Positions 9,595 to 20,909 of a stretch of DNA of 64,000 nucleotides are shown here, piece by piece. The notes under the pieces are model-generated. The model made no database searches and was not told the DNA's origin. It saw nothing but the letters and a program-made list of their open reading frames with translations. The position numbers and the translations under genes are program-made. How positions within the stretch are numbered: the first letter of the stretch is position 1; each line of letters begins with the position of its first letter. The DNA is from an uncultured Methanomicrobiales archaeon. GTDB taxonomy: Archaea > Halobacteriota > Methanomicrobia > Methanomicrobiales > Methanospirillaceae. The stretch spans positions 120,378 through 184,377 of the forward strand of contig CAVWXH010000002.1 in assembly GCA_963758915.1 (NCBI GenBank), in the 5' to 3' direction.

Positions 9595-10344
9595 TTAACG
9601 CTTGAATATAAAAATAAGGTTAAACCCGACGACAATCATCACGAGCGCGAAGCTCACCCACAGCATCAGCCCCTGGTTACTCAGGAATACTGCCCATAGT
9701 AAGGCAACAAAGCAGATCAGGAAAAAAATTGCCCAGGTCCTTATGTTCATTGATGAAGTGGAAAGGGGGTCGGTACTCATGGACGAACCCTTCGCTGTTA
9801 CCGGGCCGGGAACGCGGGAAGGCCGTCCTTTGATATGCTTTAAAAGCCCGAAAATAAGGAAACCAAGCGCTATAAGGGCTGCAATAGCGCACGTATAATA
9901 CATAAAAATGAAAACCGGCTGATCAGAGACAGATGTTATCAGGCCGACCAGGACAAACATCATACTCCATTCGCCCGGGTACAGCAGTTCACGCCAGTCC
10001 GTCTTATCCACCGGTTTTTCCTGCCCGGCAGTCCTGTTTTTCTCAACTGATGTGTTTATACTGGTAACAATTCCCGCCTGGCCGGAGGAGGGGGTGCCCC
10101 GTGATACAAAGGGATTTCTGTCTCTGCCACCGGATAGTTCCTGGGCTTTTTCAAAACATGAGATGCTCTCTTTTTTATTATTCACCCGGTTATAGGCCAT
10201 CCCCAGGTTATACCATGCCTTGTCAGACCCGGGGTTGACTTCCAAAGCCCGTTTATAGCAGATAATGGCATCGATATAGTTCCCGCTCTGGTAATAATTA
10301 TTCCCCTGTTCTTTCCAGAAATCGGAATCCTTAACTTTATCCAT
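9595..10344 (-). CDS. TPR-repeat membrane protein
   Basis: WKEQGNNYY...AIICYKRALEVNP...AWYNLG TPRs, followed by four TM segments. Confidence 0.82.
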   Translation of the reverse strand: MDKVKDSDFWKEQGNNYYQSGNYIDAIICYKRALEVNPGSDKAWYNLGMAYNRVNNKKESISCFEKAQELSGGRDRNPFVSRGTPSSGQAGIVTSINTSVEKNRTAGQEKPVDKTDWRELLYPGEWSMMFVLVGLITSVSDQPVFIFMYYTCAIAALIALGFLIFGLLKHIKGRPSRVPGPVTAKGSSMSTDPLSTSSMNIRTWAIFFLICFVALLWAVFLSNQGLMLWVSFALVMIVVGFNLIFIFKR

Positions 10345-10816
10345 TTGTTTTCCGGGCCCCAAGCTTACCTATGGCGTTTTATGCCGTGAATATAGAAAAA
10401 GATTCTGATTTGCAATTGAAAACGCATATGGGAAAAATTCTGCTTCTGTTCCCTTGATCTGGCCCCTGCCGGTGCCGGGTCTGGTAATGCTCATTCCCCG
10501 GCAGTCCCTGTGTATGCCAGGTCTCTTCCACTGATGCGTCCTCAAATGTAACCGTGATTATTCCCCCCTTGTTGCGGAACAGCAAGGGACAAGGATTTTT
10601 TATACACGTATATGAATAATAAATTATCCGTTATTGGTGAGCCCCGGGATCCCAAACCCTGTGTATCCGGGAAGGTGCCGGCATTTCATTGCGGGCGACC
10701 TTTGACGTACAGGTAAAGGAAGGATCACCGGACTGATATCTTATTACCAATGGGTGGAATAGAAGTAAAATAGATCACAACCGGAAGGGTGACAACCAAA
10801 AGGGAATGGTGAGGAA

Positions 10817-12976
10817 ATGGTACGGGAACTTAATATTTTGATTATTGATACTTCGCAGGATGAAGTAGACCTGCTTGTACATCAGATGACCAGAGAAGGG
10901 CTGAAAGTCCGCTATGAGCGGGTTGATAATGAACGCCAGATGGTTGCCACCCTTGGGCGGGAGACCTGGGACCTGATCCTCTGCGATTATTCGATGCCCG
11001 GCTTTGGGGCAGTAGCAGCATTAAAAGTCGTAAAGGAGATGGGCCTGAAGATCCCCTTCATTGTTATTTCAGCTGATGACAATGAAGAGACAGTTCTTTC
11101 AGTACTGAACTCGGGTGCCCATGACTTCATGAAGAAAGGAAGCTACGCCCGCCTTGTACCTGCGATTATTCGGGAAACTGAAGCATATACCAAGCTGACG
11201 AAGGCATCCGATGAGGCAAAAAAGCAGAAGCAGCTCGCGTATACCATGATCATGCAGAACCCCATGCCCCTGATCATCTTTACAACAAAAATGGACATCA
11301 AACTGGCCAACGAAGCCTTCCTGACACTTTGCGGATGGTCAGAGGAGCGCCTCCAGAAGATGAACCTGAAAGAGTTTAAGGTCCTGGAGAAAAGTGGCCA
11401 TGGGATCCGGGAAGCTGTCGATACAAAGAAAGGTGTTACCGGTGACGTTGTTGTCGAGTTCCCGACCGGAGTCAGGTATCTCGAACAGAACACTATCCCG
11501 CTCCTCGACCTGGCGGGTGAGATAGTCAGCATGATGGCCACCTACAAGGACAACACGGAAAAACGCAGGATAGACCAATCAAAAAAGGAACTTGCGGATT
11601 TCACGGATGTCTATGTTACCAGCCTCTCATCGAACCTCGGGATGCTTGCGACAGGAAATCTCGGATTTGATCTTACTATTGCCACACCCAATGAAAACAC
11701 AAGGGAAGCACATGCAAATTTCTCCGGGATCAATAATAACCTCGCGGATGTCCAGGGTGCCCTGACCCACATGATAGCCGATGCAAATATCCTTGCAAAG
11801 GCGGCAGTGGAGGGGAAACTCAAGACGCGTGCAGACGCCAGCCGGCACCTCGGAGATTTCCGTAAGATTATTGAGGGTTTCAACGACACCCTGGATTCTG
11901 TAATGGGCCCCGTAAACGAAGCGATGCGCATGGCAAACGAGTTTGCCAAATGCAACTTTTCGACCCGTGTTGATGATACCCTTCACATGGACGGTGATTT
12001 CATCAAGTTCAAAGAGGCCCTCAATAATACCGGTATTGAGGTCTCAAAAGCGGTCGACCTGATCAACCGCCAGATTATGGATCTTGCATCGAGTGCACAG
12101 GAAGCGAATGCCAGTATCGAAGAAGTGGCATCAGGCGCTGAGCATATTGCCAGGAACGCACAGGGTGTCAGTGAAAATGCAGAACGGGGTAATGAAGGGA
12201 TCAGCCAGGTCTTGCGGGCGATGGAAGACCTTAACCAGACGGTTACGGATGTTGCACTGAAAGCTGAGCGGGTCTCACACCTTACCGAGAATGCAAATAA
12301 CCTGAGCGTGAAAGGGACCGAACTTGCAGCACAGGCCGAACGGGGTATGGTAAGTATTACCAATTCCTCCAACGAAGTTGACAAGATCATTGTCGACATC
12401 AAGGCCGAGATGGACAAGATCGGAAAGATAGTCGGCCTGATCAGTGACCTTGCGAACCAGACCAACCTGCTGGCCCTCAATGCCGCGATTGAAGCTGCCC
12501 GGGCAGGAGAAGCAGGCAGGGGCTTTGCGGTCGTTGCCACCGAAGTGAAATCGCTTGCCCAGGAGTCCCGTGCATCTGCACAGAACATCGCAGAAATGAT
12601 CGGGACACTCCAGAAGAAGTCCATGGCAGCCGGTGAAGCCGTTGCGTCATCAAACCGCGAGGTGAAAACCGGAAGTGAGGCACTCAGCCAGACGCTGCGC
12701 TCGTTTAACGATATTGTCCGTGCGATCGAGGATATCAGCAAGAACGTGGTGGAAGTCGCCAGCCTGAGTGAAGAGCAGGCAGCGACCGTGGAAGAAGTGA
12801 CGGCAAGTGTCAACGAAGTGGGGCAGATGGTCCATGGGACTGCAAAAGGTGCAATGGATGCGGCCGCCGCTGCCGAAGAAGCCTCGGCATCAATTGACCA
12901 GATCACCAAAGTTGTGGGCAGTGTGAACCAGATCGTTGACAGCGTATCAAGAGAAATGTCCAAGTTCAAGATCTGA
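10817..12976 (+). CDS. Cytoplasmic methyl-accepting chemotaxis protein with N-terminal receiver, PAS and HAMP-like domains
   Basis: REC ([11 protein letters not shown]...GAHDFMKK), PAS (QNPMPLII...ANEAF) and MCP tip [34 protein letters not shown]; no TM segment. Confidence 0.92.
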   Translation: MVRELNILIIDTSQDEVDLLVHQMTREGLKVRYERVDNERQMVATLGRETWDLILCDYSMPGFGAVAALKVVKEMGLKIPFIVISADDNEETVLSVLNSGAHDFMKKGSYARLVPAIIRETEAYTKLTKASDEAKKQKQLAYTMIMQNPMPLIIFTTKMDIKLANEAFLTLCGWSEERLQKMNLKEFKVLEKSGHGIREAVDTKKGVTGDVVVEFPTGVRYLEQNTIPLLDLAGEIVSMMATYKDNTEKRRIDQSKKELADFTDVYVTSLSSNLGMLATGNLGFDLTIATPNENTREAHANFSGINNNLADVQGALTHMIADANILAKAAVEGKLKTRADASRHLGDFRKIIEGFNDTLDSVMGPVNEAMRMANEFAKCNFSTRVDDTLHMDGDFIKFKEALNNTGIEVSKAVDLINRQIMDLASSAQEANASIEEVASGAEHIARNAQGVSENAERGNEGISQVLRAMEDLNQTVTDVALKAERVSHLTENANNLSVKGTELAAQAERGMVSITNSSNEVDKIIVDIKAEMDKIGKIVGLISDLANQTNLLALNAAIEAARAGEAGRGFAVVATEVKSLAQESRASAQNIAEMIGTLQKKSMAAGEAVASSNREVKTGSEALSQTLRSFNDIVRAIEDISKNVVEVASLSEEQAATVEEVTASVNEVGQMVHGTAKGAMDAAAAAEEASASIDQITKVVGSVNQIVDSVSREMSKFKI

Positions 12977-13117
12977 AAAACCAAATCCACCCCCGGGGGC
13001 AGCTCGCAGGCCACCATGCAGGCATTGGTCTGGCCCGCGGGATAGAACCCGGGCTTCGTATCCGGTTCCGTTACGGGCTCCCGTCCCCTGGCCCATCACC
13101 CGTTTTCTTCTTTTTTG

Positions 13118-13380
13118 GGCTTTGTTAAAACCACTTCGGTGTCATAAAAAATAAGAGGGAAATACGAAGACAGGAGGGAGTTTCACCCCCTCCCTGCCCC
13201 ACCCCCATTAAGATATTCTTCGGGCAGGGTTTCGGCGAAGGCTCATTAAATTCAGAGTATTGGGGGATATCTCTATCCCAACCGGGGCGCCACAGCGGCG
13301 GGGCGGAGCCCCGGGAGTGTAGATAAATTTCAGAATAATCAGGATTCCGGATGCCTAATATAGAGCTTTTCTACAGAGCC
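13118..13380 (+). mobile_element. MITE copy A (~263 bp)
   Basis: Terminal inverted repeats GGCTTTGTTAAAA / TTTTCTACAGAGCC; nearly identical to 41954-42213; no coding capacity for a transposase. Confidence 0.85.
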
Positions 13381-13424
13381 TTAAATGCCTGAAAGGCCAG
13401 CAATATGAAGAGATTTTGAACATA

Positions 13425-13461
13425 GCATTTTCAATCGTCCGGGTGTGAACTTCCCGTTTAT
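13425..13461 (+). repeat. 37-bp dispersed repeat (second copy at 27964-28000)
   Basis: GCATTTTCAATCGTCCGG[G/T]TGTGAACTTCCCGTT[T/C]AT, 35/37 identical. Confidence 0.8.
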
Positions 13462-13668
13462 GGGTGCACCACCCGAGCTTTTGTTACTTTCTCCCTGGTC
13501 CCTTGCCGGAAAATTCATGCAAAAGGGTGGCTTTCGCATTAAAGAGATGAAAACTGCTCCGCTCCTTGTCCCTGGTAACCCGTCATAAAAGAGCAGGGAC
13601 TCTACCGGGCATACCAGCTGACCGTTATTCCAGCGACCTTAAGTAGAAAAAATAGCAGATGAATACGT

Positions 13669-13833
13669 ATGTATGAGAGGTACAAATGCTCGATTTGCGG
13701 GAGGATATACGACCCTGTACAAGGTGACCCCTACGAGAATATCAGCCCGGGTACGGAATTTTCCTGTCTGCCTGCCGACTGGCGATGCCCGGTCTGCCGT
13801 GCGTTAAAAGAAAAATTTTTTCCGGAAGCGTGA
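13669..13833 (+). CDS. Rubredoxin (54 aa)
   Basis: Hand translation MYERYKCSICGRIYDPVQGDPYENISPGTEFSCLPADWRCPVCRALKEKFFPEA shows the two CxxC motifs and the YDP/GDP/PGTxF/LPxDW consensus. Confidence 0.92.
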   Translation: MYERYKCSICGRIYDPVQGDPYENISPGTEFSCLPADWRCPVCRALKEKFFPEA

Positions 13834-14053
13834 GAACCGTGGGAAACCCCCCGGGATCCTGCCTGTTTTTTTGTAAACCCCGCCTGAATATTAGTTTCGG
13901 TAACAATGTCATGAGATGAAAAGGTTCATGTAATGTCGCCCCCTTAATCAGTTCATCAGAAGGCGAAGGAATGAGCTTTAGATTTTTACGTACCCCTGCA
14001 TTGCATAACCGTCCCCCAACGACCATCCCATACCCGGAGGGAGGGCCCATGAT

Positions 14054-15820
14054 ATGCCCGTGATACTCCCTAACCTTGGCAGGATGCTGGTCATCTACAA
14101 AGGGGCCTGGGGCTGGATAGCCTTATCCCAGTTATTCGTCCTCCTCGGGGCCACGTTCATGCTTCTTATCCCTGTCCAGATATCAGCCCTGATTGACAAG
14201 GGTGTCCTTGCAGGAGATATCGGCGTGGTTGTTGACAAAGCCCTTTTCATGCTCCTTTTTGCAATCCTCGCCGGGGCATTTTCAATGGCAAACCTCTACA
14301 TCGCGGCAAGAGTCGGGGAAGGCACGGCCCATTACCTCCGGAAGGAGGTATATAAGAAAATCCAGACGTTTTCATTCGGGAACCTTGACCGGAACCCTGT
14401 CGGGGAACTCCTTGTTAGGCTCACGAGTGATATCTACCAGATCAACATGGCCGCCAGCTTTTCCATCCGTTTCGCTCTCTACGCCCCGTTTATGATCCTG
14501 GTCGCCCTGGTCTTCGTATATATCAGCAGCCCTGACCTTGTATGGATTTTTATTGTCGTTATCCTGATAACGGCCGTGATGTTCGGTGTTATCTCGTGGC
14601 TGCTGCAGGGCCAGTACAAGGTCCGGCAGCAGAAGCTTGACAGGGTAAATAACGTGCTCCAGGAGGACTTCTCCGGTGTGCGTGTAATCAAGGCATTTGT
14701 AAGGAAGGATTACGAAAACAGCCGGTTTAAAGGGGTAAATGAAAACTTCAGGGCAGCTTCACTTTCACCCCTGCGAACGAGCGCATTCATTCTCCCCGCC
14801 ATTTTCTTAATCCTCGGGCTTTCCAATGCCCTCGTTATCTGGTTCGGGGGATTGCAGGTCATTGCAGGGACGATGGGGGTTGGTGAAATTATTGCATTTA
14901 CCCAGTATTTTTTCTTCATCCTCGCACAGCTGTGGATACTATCGTTTGTCATGCCGCAGATTATTTCGGCCGAGGCCTCGGCAGGGAGAATTGCAGGAAT
15001 AATTGATACAAAACCCACCGTGGCGGATTCACCACAGGCGGCAATGCCGGGTACCGCCGGAATAAAGGGGAGAGTGGTGTTTGAAGATGTTTCATTCAGT
15101 TACGAGGGGGCAGGGGGTAAAGAGGCGATAAAGAACATTTCATTTACTGCAGAGCCCGGCCAGACCATTGCCTTTCTCGGTCCAACCGGTTCAGGAAAAT
15201 CGACGCTTGTCAACCTTATTCCCCGGTTTTACGATGTAACATCAGGCCGGATCACCATTGACGGGACTGATATCCGCGATATCCCGCAGAACGAACTCCG
15301 GGGCATGGTGTATATCGCACTGCAGGAAAGTGTGCTCTTTTCAGGCACAATTAAGGAGAATATCGGGTTTGGAGGTACTGATATGCCCTATGACCAGCTC
15401 GTGGCAGCATCCAGGGCTGCAGAAGCAGATGGATTTATTTCAGCGATCCCTTCTGGATATGATTCCCACGTGGCCCGCCGGGGTGCAAATTTTTCAGGGG
15501 GCCAGAAACAACGTCTCTCCATAGCGAGGGCCATTGCCCCGAAACCCCATATCCTTATTCTTGATGACAGTACAAGTGCGGTTGATGTCGCGACGGAAAG
15601 TCGTATCCAGGCTGCCCTCGCGACCATGATCCCCAGGACAACGCGGCTTATCGTCGCACAGCGGATCAGCACGGTCCTGATGGCCGATAAGATCATCCTC
15701 CTTGATAAGGGGGAAATTGTTGAGATGGGAAACCACCAGGACCTGATTGCCCGGAGTCCCCTGTACATGGAAATTTTCGAGTCGCAGCTTGGTGGTATTA
15801 CGAGGGGGGATATCGCATGA
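14054..15820 (+). CDS. Heterodimeric ABC exporter, subunit with degenerate ATP site (TM287-like)
   Basis: 6 TM plus NBD; GPTGSGKS, FSGGQKQR, Walker B DD (no catalytic Glu), switch Gln (VAQR). Confidence 0.92.
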   Translation: MPVILPNLGRMLVIYKGAWGWIALSQLFVLLGATFMLLIPVQISALIDKGVLAGDIGVVVDKALFMLLFAILAGAFSMANLYIAARVGEGTAHYLRKEVYKKIQTFSFGNLDRNPVGELLVRLTSDIYQINMAASFSIRFALYAPFMILVALVFVYISSPDLVWIFIVVILITAVMFGVISWLLQGQYKVRQQKLDRVNNVLQEDFSGVRVIKAFVRKDYENSRFKGVNENFRAASLSPLRTSAFILPAIFLILGLSNALVIWFGGLQVIAGTMGVGEIIAFTQYFFFILAQLWILSFVMPQIISAEASAGRIAGIIDTKPTVADSPQAAMPGTAGIKGRVVFEDVSFSYEGAGGKEAIKNISFTAEPGQTIAFLGPTGSGKSTLVNLIPRFYDVTSGRITIDGTDIRDIPQNELRGMVYIALQESVLFSGTIKENIGFGGTDMPYDQLVAASRAAEADGFISAIPSGYDSHVARRGANFSGGQKQRLSIARAIAPKPHILILDDSTSAVDVATESRIQAALATMIPRTTRLIVAQRISTVLMADKIILLDKGEIVEMGNHQDLIARSPLYMEIFESQLGGITRGDIA

Positions 15821-17622
15821 CGGCGAGTACATCAGATACCCTGGCGAAGGTGGAGCCACCTAAAAACAAAGGAAGAATAAAATCCCTGGTCCGCGCTCTG
15901 CATTATCTCGGATTACAGAAATTCAGGTTTATCCTTGTAATTGTCCTGTTTCTCATCGGTACTGTCGGTTTTATTTCCCTGTCGGTAATGCTTGGGATTG
16001 CAGTCAACTCGTTGTCCGGGACAACGGTTCCCGGGCAACTCATGCAGCTGGTCACCCTTATGGCCTGCCTTGCCCTGGTTAGCTTTGTTACGTATTATGC
16101 CGGGTTCCGGATACTGGCAGGTGTCACGCAGAATGCCCTGTTCAGGCTCAGGCAGGACCTCTTTGAACATACCCAGGAGTTATCGCTGAGGTTTTTTGAC
16201 CGGCAGCCGATTGGGGAACTCATGAGCCGGGTCACCAATGATATCGATGTTGTTACCGCGTTTTTCCAGCAGCCCCTCGGTACCCTGATCATGGGTATAT
16301 TAATGCTGGTTACGACCCTCGTTGCGATGGTACTGCTTGACAGCCGGCTCGCCGTTATAGCATCGATTGCGATACCACTTCTTATCGGGCTGGTATGGCT
16401 GCTGGCACGGGTCGCAGGACCGGCTTTTTCACTCCTGCAGGAGCGGCTCGCAGACTTAAACGGGCTGATGGAAGAGACTATCGCCGGTGAAAGGACCATA
16501 ATCGCGTACCGGCAGCAGGACAAGGTAACAGGAAAACAGGCGTTGGTTAGCGAAACTGCACGTGATACCGGGGCCAGGGCACAGATCCTTTCGCTCGTGA
16601 TGATGCCGCTCACCGTGCTGGTCACCAATATCAATATTGCCCTCGTTGCCCTGACCGGGTCTGTAATGATCATCAACGGGACATTAACCGTCGGGGTGCT
16701 GACCACCTTCCTCTCCCTGACCATGATGTTTGTTCTGCCGCTTATGACCATATTTGCCAATTATAACTTTATACTGTCAGCCGCGGTGAGTGCAGGGAGG
16801 ATCTTTTCAATCATGGATGAACAGCCTGATGTTCAAGACCGGCCTGATGCCGTGGAACTGAAACCCGTAGAAGGGCATGTCACGTTTAAGGACGTAAATT
16901 TCAGCTATGTCCCCGGCAGGCAGGTCCTGAAACACAACAGTTTCGAGGCCATGCCAGGCCAGATGATCGGGCTTTGCGGGCCTACCGGTGCAGGGAAAAG
17001 TACGATCATCAATATCCTCACCCGTTATTATGACATCGGGTCCGGGGCCATTGAAATTGACGGCCAGGATATTTATAGCGTAACACAGGCGAGCCTGCGG
17101 AAACAGATAGGGGTTGTCCTCCAGGAACCGTTCCTCTTCTCGGACACGGTAATGAACAACCTGAAATACGGCCGTGAGGGAGCCACCGACGAGGAGTGTA
17201 TTACTGCTGCGAAGGATGCGAACTGTGATGAATTCATTACCCGGTTACCGGACGGTTACCAGACCATTCTTGCAGATGGTGGCAGTAACCTCTCCCAGGG
17301 GCAGCGTCAGCTGCTGACTATTGCGCGGGCGATGGTTGCCAACCCGCGGATCCTCATCCTTGATGAAGCGACGAGTAATGTGGACACAAGGACTGAACGG
17401 AACATACAGGCCGCCATTCGAAAACTCCAGGAGGGGAGGACAAGTTTCGTAATTGCCCACCGGCTCAGCACGATCCGCCCGGCACAACAGATCCTCGTAA
17501 TCAATGATGGTGAGATTGTCGAGCGGGGCACCCATGATGGGATGATGAAGGCAAAAGGGTTCTATTATGACCTGTACATGAGCCAGTTCAAGGGAAGGAT
17601 CGCAGAAATTATTCCGGCGTGA
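15817..17622 (+). CDS. Heterodimeric ABC exporter, consensus-site subunit (TM288-like)
   Basis: 6 TM plus NBD; GPTGAGKS, LSQGQRQ, LDEATS, IAHR; ATGA overlap with the upstream gene. Confidence 0.92.
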   Translation: MTASTSDTLAKVEPPKNKGRIKSLVRALHYLGLQKFRFILVIVLFLIGTVGFISLSVMLGIAVNSLSGTTVPGQLMQLVTLMACLALVSFVTYYAGFRILAGVTQNALFRLRQDLFEHTQELSLRFFDRQPIGELMSRVTNDIDVVTAFFQQPLGTLIMGILMLVTTLVAMVLLDSRLAVIASIAIPLLIGLVWLLARVAGPAFSLLQERLADLNGLMEETIAGERTIIAYRQQDKVTGKQALVSETARDTGARAQILSLVMMPLTVLVTNINIALVALTGSVMIINGTLTVGVLTTFLSLTMMFVLPLMTIFANYNFILSAAVSAGRIFSIMDEQPDVQDRPDAVELKPVEGHVTFKDVNFSYVPGRQVLKHNSFEAMPGQMIGLCGPTGAGKSTIINILTRYYDIGSGAIEIDGQDIYSVTQASLRKQIGVVLQEPFLFSDTVMNNLKYGREGATDEECITAAKDANCDEFITRLPDGYQTILADGGSNLSQGQRQLLTIARAMVANPRILILDEATSNVDTRTERNIQAAIRKLQEGRTSFVIAHRLSTIRPAQQILVINDGEIVERGTHDGMMKAKGFYYDLYMSQFKGRIAEIIPA

Positions 17623-17657
17623 AATTCCTGCCGGTCAGAAAAGAGGTGAACAACCGC

Positions 17658-18557
17658 ATGATCAGGGAAAAAGTTATCAGGAAACTCCGGGTAGTGCCGG
17701 GAAAGGGGATAAAACTAAAAAATTTTGAGACCGGCTGGGCTCAGAACGAGGAATTGAAAGGTTACGATAAAGATACGGTAAAAGAACGGGCAACAGAGAT
17801 ACTCGAGGCGAACCGGCGAACACTTGCCTCGTCGCAGGAGCTGCTCTGGGCTGATAACATCCATTCGGTACTGATTGTCCTGCAGGGGATGGATACGGCT
17901 GGCAAGGACGGGACGATCCGGCATGTCATGTCGGGGGTGAACCCCCAGGGCTGCAGGGTCTGCAGTTTCAAGGTCCCTACCCCGGACGAGACAGACCACA
18001 ATTTTCTCTGGCGGTACAGCCGTGACCTTCCCCGCCGGGGGGAGATCGGGGTCTTCAACCGCTCATATTACGAGGATGTCCTCGTCGTGAAGGTGCACCC
18101 GGAACTGCTGGAGGGCCAGCAGCTCCCTTCCGGAAAGCGGGGAGAAAAATTCTGGAACGCCAGGTACGAGGATATAAACGCATTCGAACGCCACCTCGGG
18201 CGAAACGGCACGGTCATCCTTAAATTCTTCCTCCATATCTCAAAAGATGAACAGAAAAAGCGTATCCTGGACCGCCTCGAAACAGAGGAAAAATACTGGA
18301 AATTCTCACTTTCCGACCTTGCGGAGCGGGCGTACTGGGATGCCTACCAGAAGGCTTATGAAACAATGTTTGCAAAAACAAGCACGGATACAGCTCCCTG
18401 GTATATTATTCCCGCAGATTACAAGTGGGTGGCAAGGACCCTTGTGGCCGATATCATCTCCACCCGGATCCGGTCACTTGACCTGAAGTACCCGGTGTTA
18501 TCGGCAGAACAGTTGAAAGCGGTTGAATCCGCCCGGGAACAACTGAAAAAAGAGTGA
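17658..18557 (+). CDS. ppk2: Polyphosphate kinase 2 family protein (polyphosphate:nucleotide phosphotransferase)
   Basis: [26 protein letters not shown] and APWYIIPAD motifs. Confidence 0.92.
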   Translation: MIREKVIRKLRVVPGKGIKLKNFETGWAQNEELKGYDKDTVKERATEILEANRRTLASSQELLWADNIHSVLIVLQGMDTAGKDGTIRHVMSGVNPQGCRVCSFKVPTPDETDHNFLWRYSRDLPRRGEIGVFNRSYYEDVLVVKVHPELLEGQQLPSGKRGEKFWNARYEDINAFERHLGRNGTVILKFFLHISKDEQKKRILDRLETEEKYWKFSLSDLAERAYWDAYQKAYETMFAKTSTDTAPWYIIPADYKWVARTLVADIISTRIRSLDLKYPVLSAEQLKAVESAREQLKKE

Positions 18558-18561
18558 GCAG

Positions 18562-19626
18562 GTGACGGCAATGCAGGCACATGCGATAATGGCCATGACG
18601 GACCGGGTTTCACCCGTTCCAGCCCGTGACGCGAGGCGGTTCGTTGTGGCGCTTGGAGGGAATGCGCTGCTCCAGCGTGGCCAGCCGATGACTGCCCTGG
18701 TACAGCGGCAGAATATCAGGAAAGCGGCAGAGGCCATTGTACCCATCGCGATGTCCCACCAGCTGGTCCTCACTCACGGGAACGGCCCACAGGTCGGGCT
18801 GCTCTCACTCCAGCAGGCTGCCTACCAGCAGGTCCTTCATGAGACGTCGCACGAATCATTCGAGTCATACCCGTTCGACCTGCTGGGAGCGGAGACGGAA
18901 GGCATGATCGGGTACATGATCGAGCAGGAACTCGGGAACCTGCTCCCCGATGAATTTCCCATTGCTACCGTACTGACCATGGTGGAAGTTGACCCCCGCG
19001 ACCCCGCCTTTCTGGACCCTGCGAAATTTATCGGCCCGCTGTACGACGAAAAGGAAGCAAAGCGGATTATTGCCTCTGAAGGGTGGACTTTTAAACAGGA
19101 TGGTGAACAATGGCGTCGTGTCGTACCATCACCGAAACCCGTCAGGATCCGGGAGATCAGGCCTATTACCTGGCTGCTGGAACGCGGGTCTGTTGTCATC
19201 TGTGCCGGAGGAGGTGGGATCCCGGTACTATCCGGTCCCGGTATGGAACGGGGCTTTACCGGGGTGGAAGGTGTGATCGATAAGGACCTTGCCAGCGGGC
19301 TGCTGGCCGCGGACCTCTGCGCAGACATGTTCATCATGGTAACTGACACGCCCGGGGTGTACCTCAATTACAACAAGCCGGATGCCAGGTTAATCAGGTG
19401 GACAACCCCGGAGGAACTCAGGGAACACATGGACCTGTTCCCGGCAGGTTCCATGGGGCCAAAAGTCGAGGCCGCGTGTGCCTTCGTTGAGGCGACAGGT
19501 AAAACGGCAGCAATAGGGGCAATTACTGATATAAGGAAGATATGCACCGGTGAAGCGGGGACGATTGTCGGGCCCGGGGTGCCTGGTATGGTACCTGTTT
19601 CCTGTCCGGAGGAGCACCCGGGATGA
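18562..19626 (+). CDS. arcC: Carbamate kinase
   Basis: [39 protein letters not shown] and [10 protein letters not shown] motifs. Confidence 0.95.
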   Translation: MTAMQAHAIMAMTDRVSPVPARDARRFVVALGGNALLQRGQPMTALVQRQNIRKAAEAIVPIAMSHQLVLTHGNGPQVGLLSLQQAAYQQVLHETSHESFESYPFDLLGAETEGMIGYMIEQELGNLLPDEFPIATVLTMVEVDPRDPAFLDPAKFIGPLYDEKEAKRIIASEGWTFKQDGEQWRRVVPSPKPVRIREIRPITWLLERGSVVICAGGGGIPVLSGPGMERGFTGVEGVIDKDLASGLLAADLCADMFIMVTDTPGVYLNYNKPDARLIRWTTPEELREHMDLFPAGSMGPKVEAACAFVEATGKTAAIGAITDIRKICTGEAGTIVGPGVPGMVPVSCPEEHPG

Positions 19627-20843
19627 CACACTACGGCGTATATTCAGAGGTTGGGAAGTTACGCACGGTGATGGTCTGCCGGCCCGGCCTTGCCCATATG
19701 AGATTAACCCCTGAAAACTGCCACGATTTGCTGTTTGATGATGTAATATGGGTCTCGAAAGCCAGGGTTGAGCATTATAACTTTGTCCAGGTAATGCTGG
19801 AACGTGGCGTTCGGGTGCTGGAAATGCACGACCTTCTGGCACAGACCCTTGAACAGAAGGAGGGACGCCGGTGGATACTTGACCGGAAAATCACGGCGAA
19901 TACCATCGGGCCGATGGGACTCGGTGCAGTACGCACATGGCTTGATGAGATGCCTGCCAGCGAGCTGGCCGGGCTCTTAATCGGTGGTATTGCAGCGGGG
20001 GAGATCCCCTTCCCGCCATTTGCTGACTTTTCTGACTATGACCCCCATGGCCTGTGGATTCCACCACTGCCAAACACGCTCTATACCCGCGACACGACCT
20101 CCTGGATTTACGGGGGTGTCACTCTTAACCCCATGTTCTGGCCGGCCCGGTGCCAGGAAACCCTGCTTACCACGGCGATTTATAAATTCCACCCGGATTT
20201 CCGGGACGAGGGGTTTACGACATGGTTTGGAAACCCGGACCTCAGTTACGGCCCGGCAACCGTGGAGGGTGGCGATGTGATGCCAGTCGGTAACGGGGTT
20301 GTACTCATTGGTATGGGCGAACGGACAACATCCCGGGCAATTATGCAGATTGCACTCGCGTTGTTCGAAAAAAAAGCAGCGGAACGTGTGATCGCCTGTG
20401 CAATGCCAAAGAGCCGCTCAGCCATGCACCTCGATACGGTCTTCACGCTGTGTGATTCGGACCTTGCAAATGTCTACGAGAAAGTAGTGCGGGAAATCCG
20501 GTGTTTCAGCCTCTACCCGGGTGAAGAAGCCGGATTGCTTCAATTCGTCCCAGATGAAAAACCCTTCCTTGATGTCGTCGCCGGGGCGCTGGGACTGGCC
20601 CGGCTCCGTGCCGTTACCACCGGGGGTGACTGGTTCCAGCAGGAGCGTGAGCAATGGGATGATGGCAATAATGTTGTCGCCCTGGAACCCGGGGTGGTTG
20701 TCAGTTATGACCGGAATGTCCACACCAATACAAAACTCCGTAAAGAGGGTGTGGAGGTCATTACAATCGCCGGGTCAGAACTTGGGAGGGGACGCGGTGG
20801 GGGCCACTGCATGACCTGTCCACTCCGGAGGGACCCGGTATAA
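19623..20843 (+). CDS. arcA: Arginine deiminase
   Basis: [36 protein letters not shown] and [13 protein letters not shown] (catalytic Cys) motifs; ATGA overlap with arcC. Confidence 0.96.
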   Translation: MTHYGVYSEVGKLRTVMVCRPGLAHMRLTPENCHDLLFDDVIWVSKARVEHYNFVQVMLERGVRVLEMHDLLAQTLEQKEGRRWILDRKITANTIGPMGLGAVRTWLDEMPASELAGLLIGGIAAGEIPFPPFADFSDYDPHGLWIPPLPNTLYTRDTTSWIYGGVTLNPMFWPARCQETLLTTAIYKFHPDFRDEGFTTWFGNPDLSYGPATVEGGDVMPVGNGVVLIGMGERTTSRAIMQIALALFEKKAAERVIACAMPKSRSAMHLDTVFTLCDSDLANVYEKVVREIRCFSLYPGEEAGLLQFVPDEKPFLDVVAGALGLARLRAVTTGGDWFQQEREQWDDGNNVVALEPGVVVSYDRNVHTNTKLRKEGVEVITIAGSELGRGRGGGHCMTCPLRRDPV

Positions 20844-20909
20844 TGTTTTTTTTACAAGTCCTGATACCCTGTCCGTGTTCAAACAGCAAAAAAATCGTTA
20901 TTCCCGGGT

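Noticed and set aside
11983-13017. 344-aa minus-strand ORF
   Set aside because: Antisense shadow of the well-supported MCP gene.
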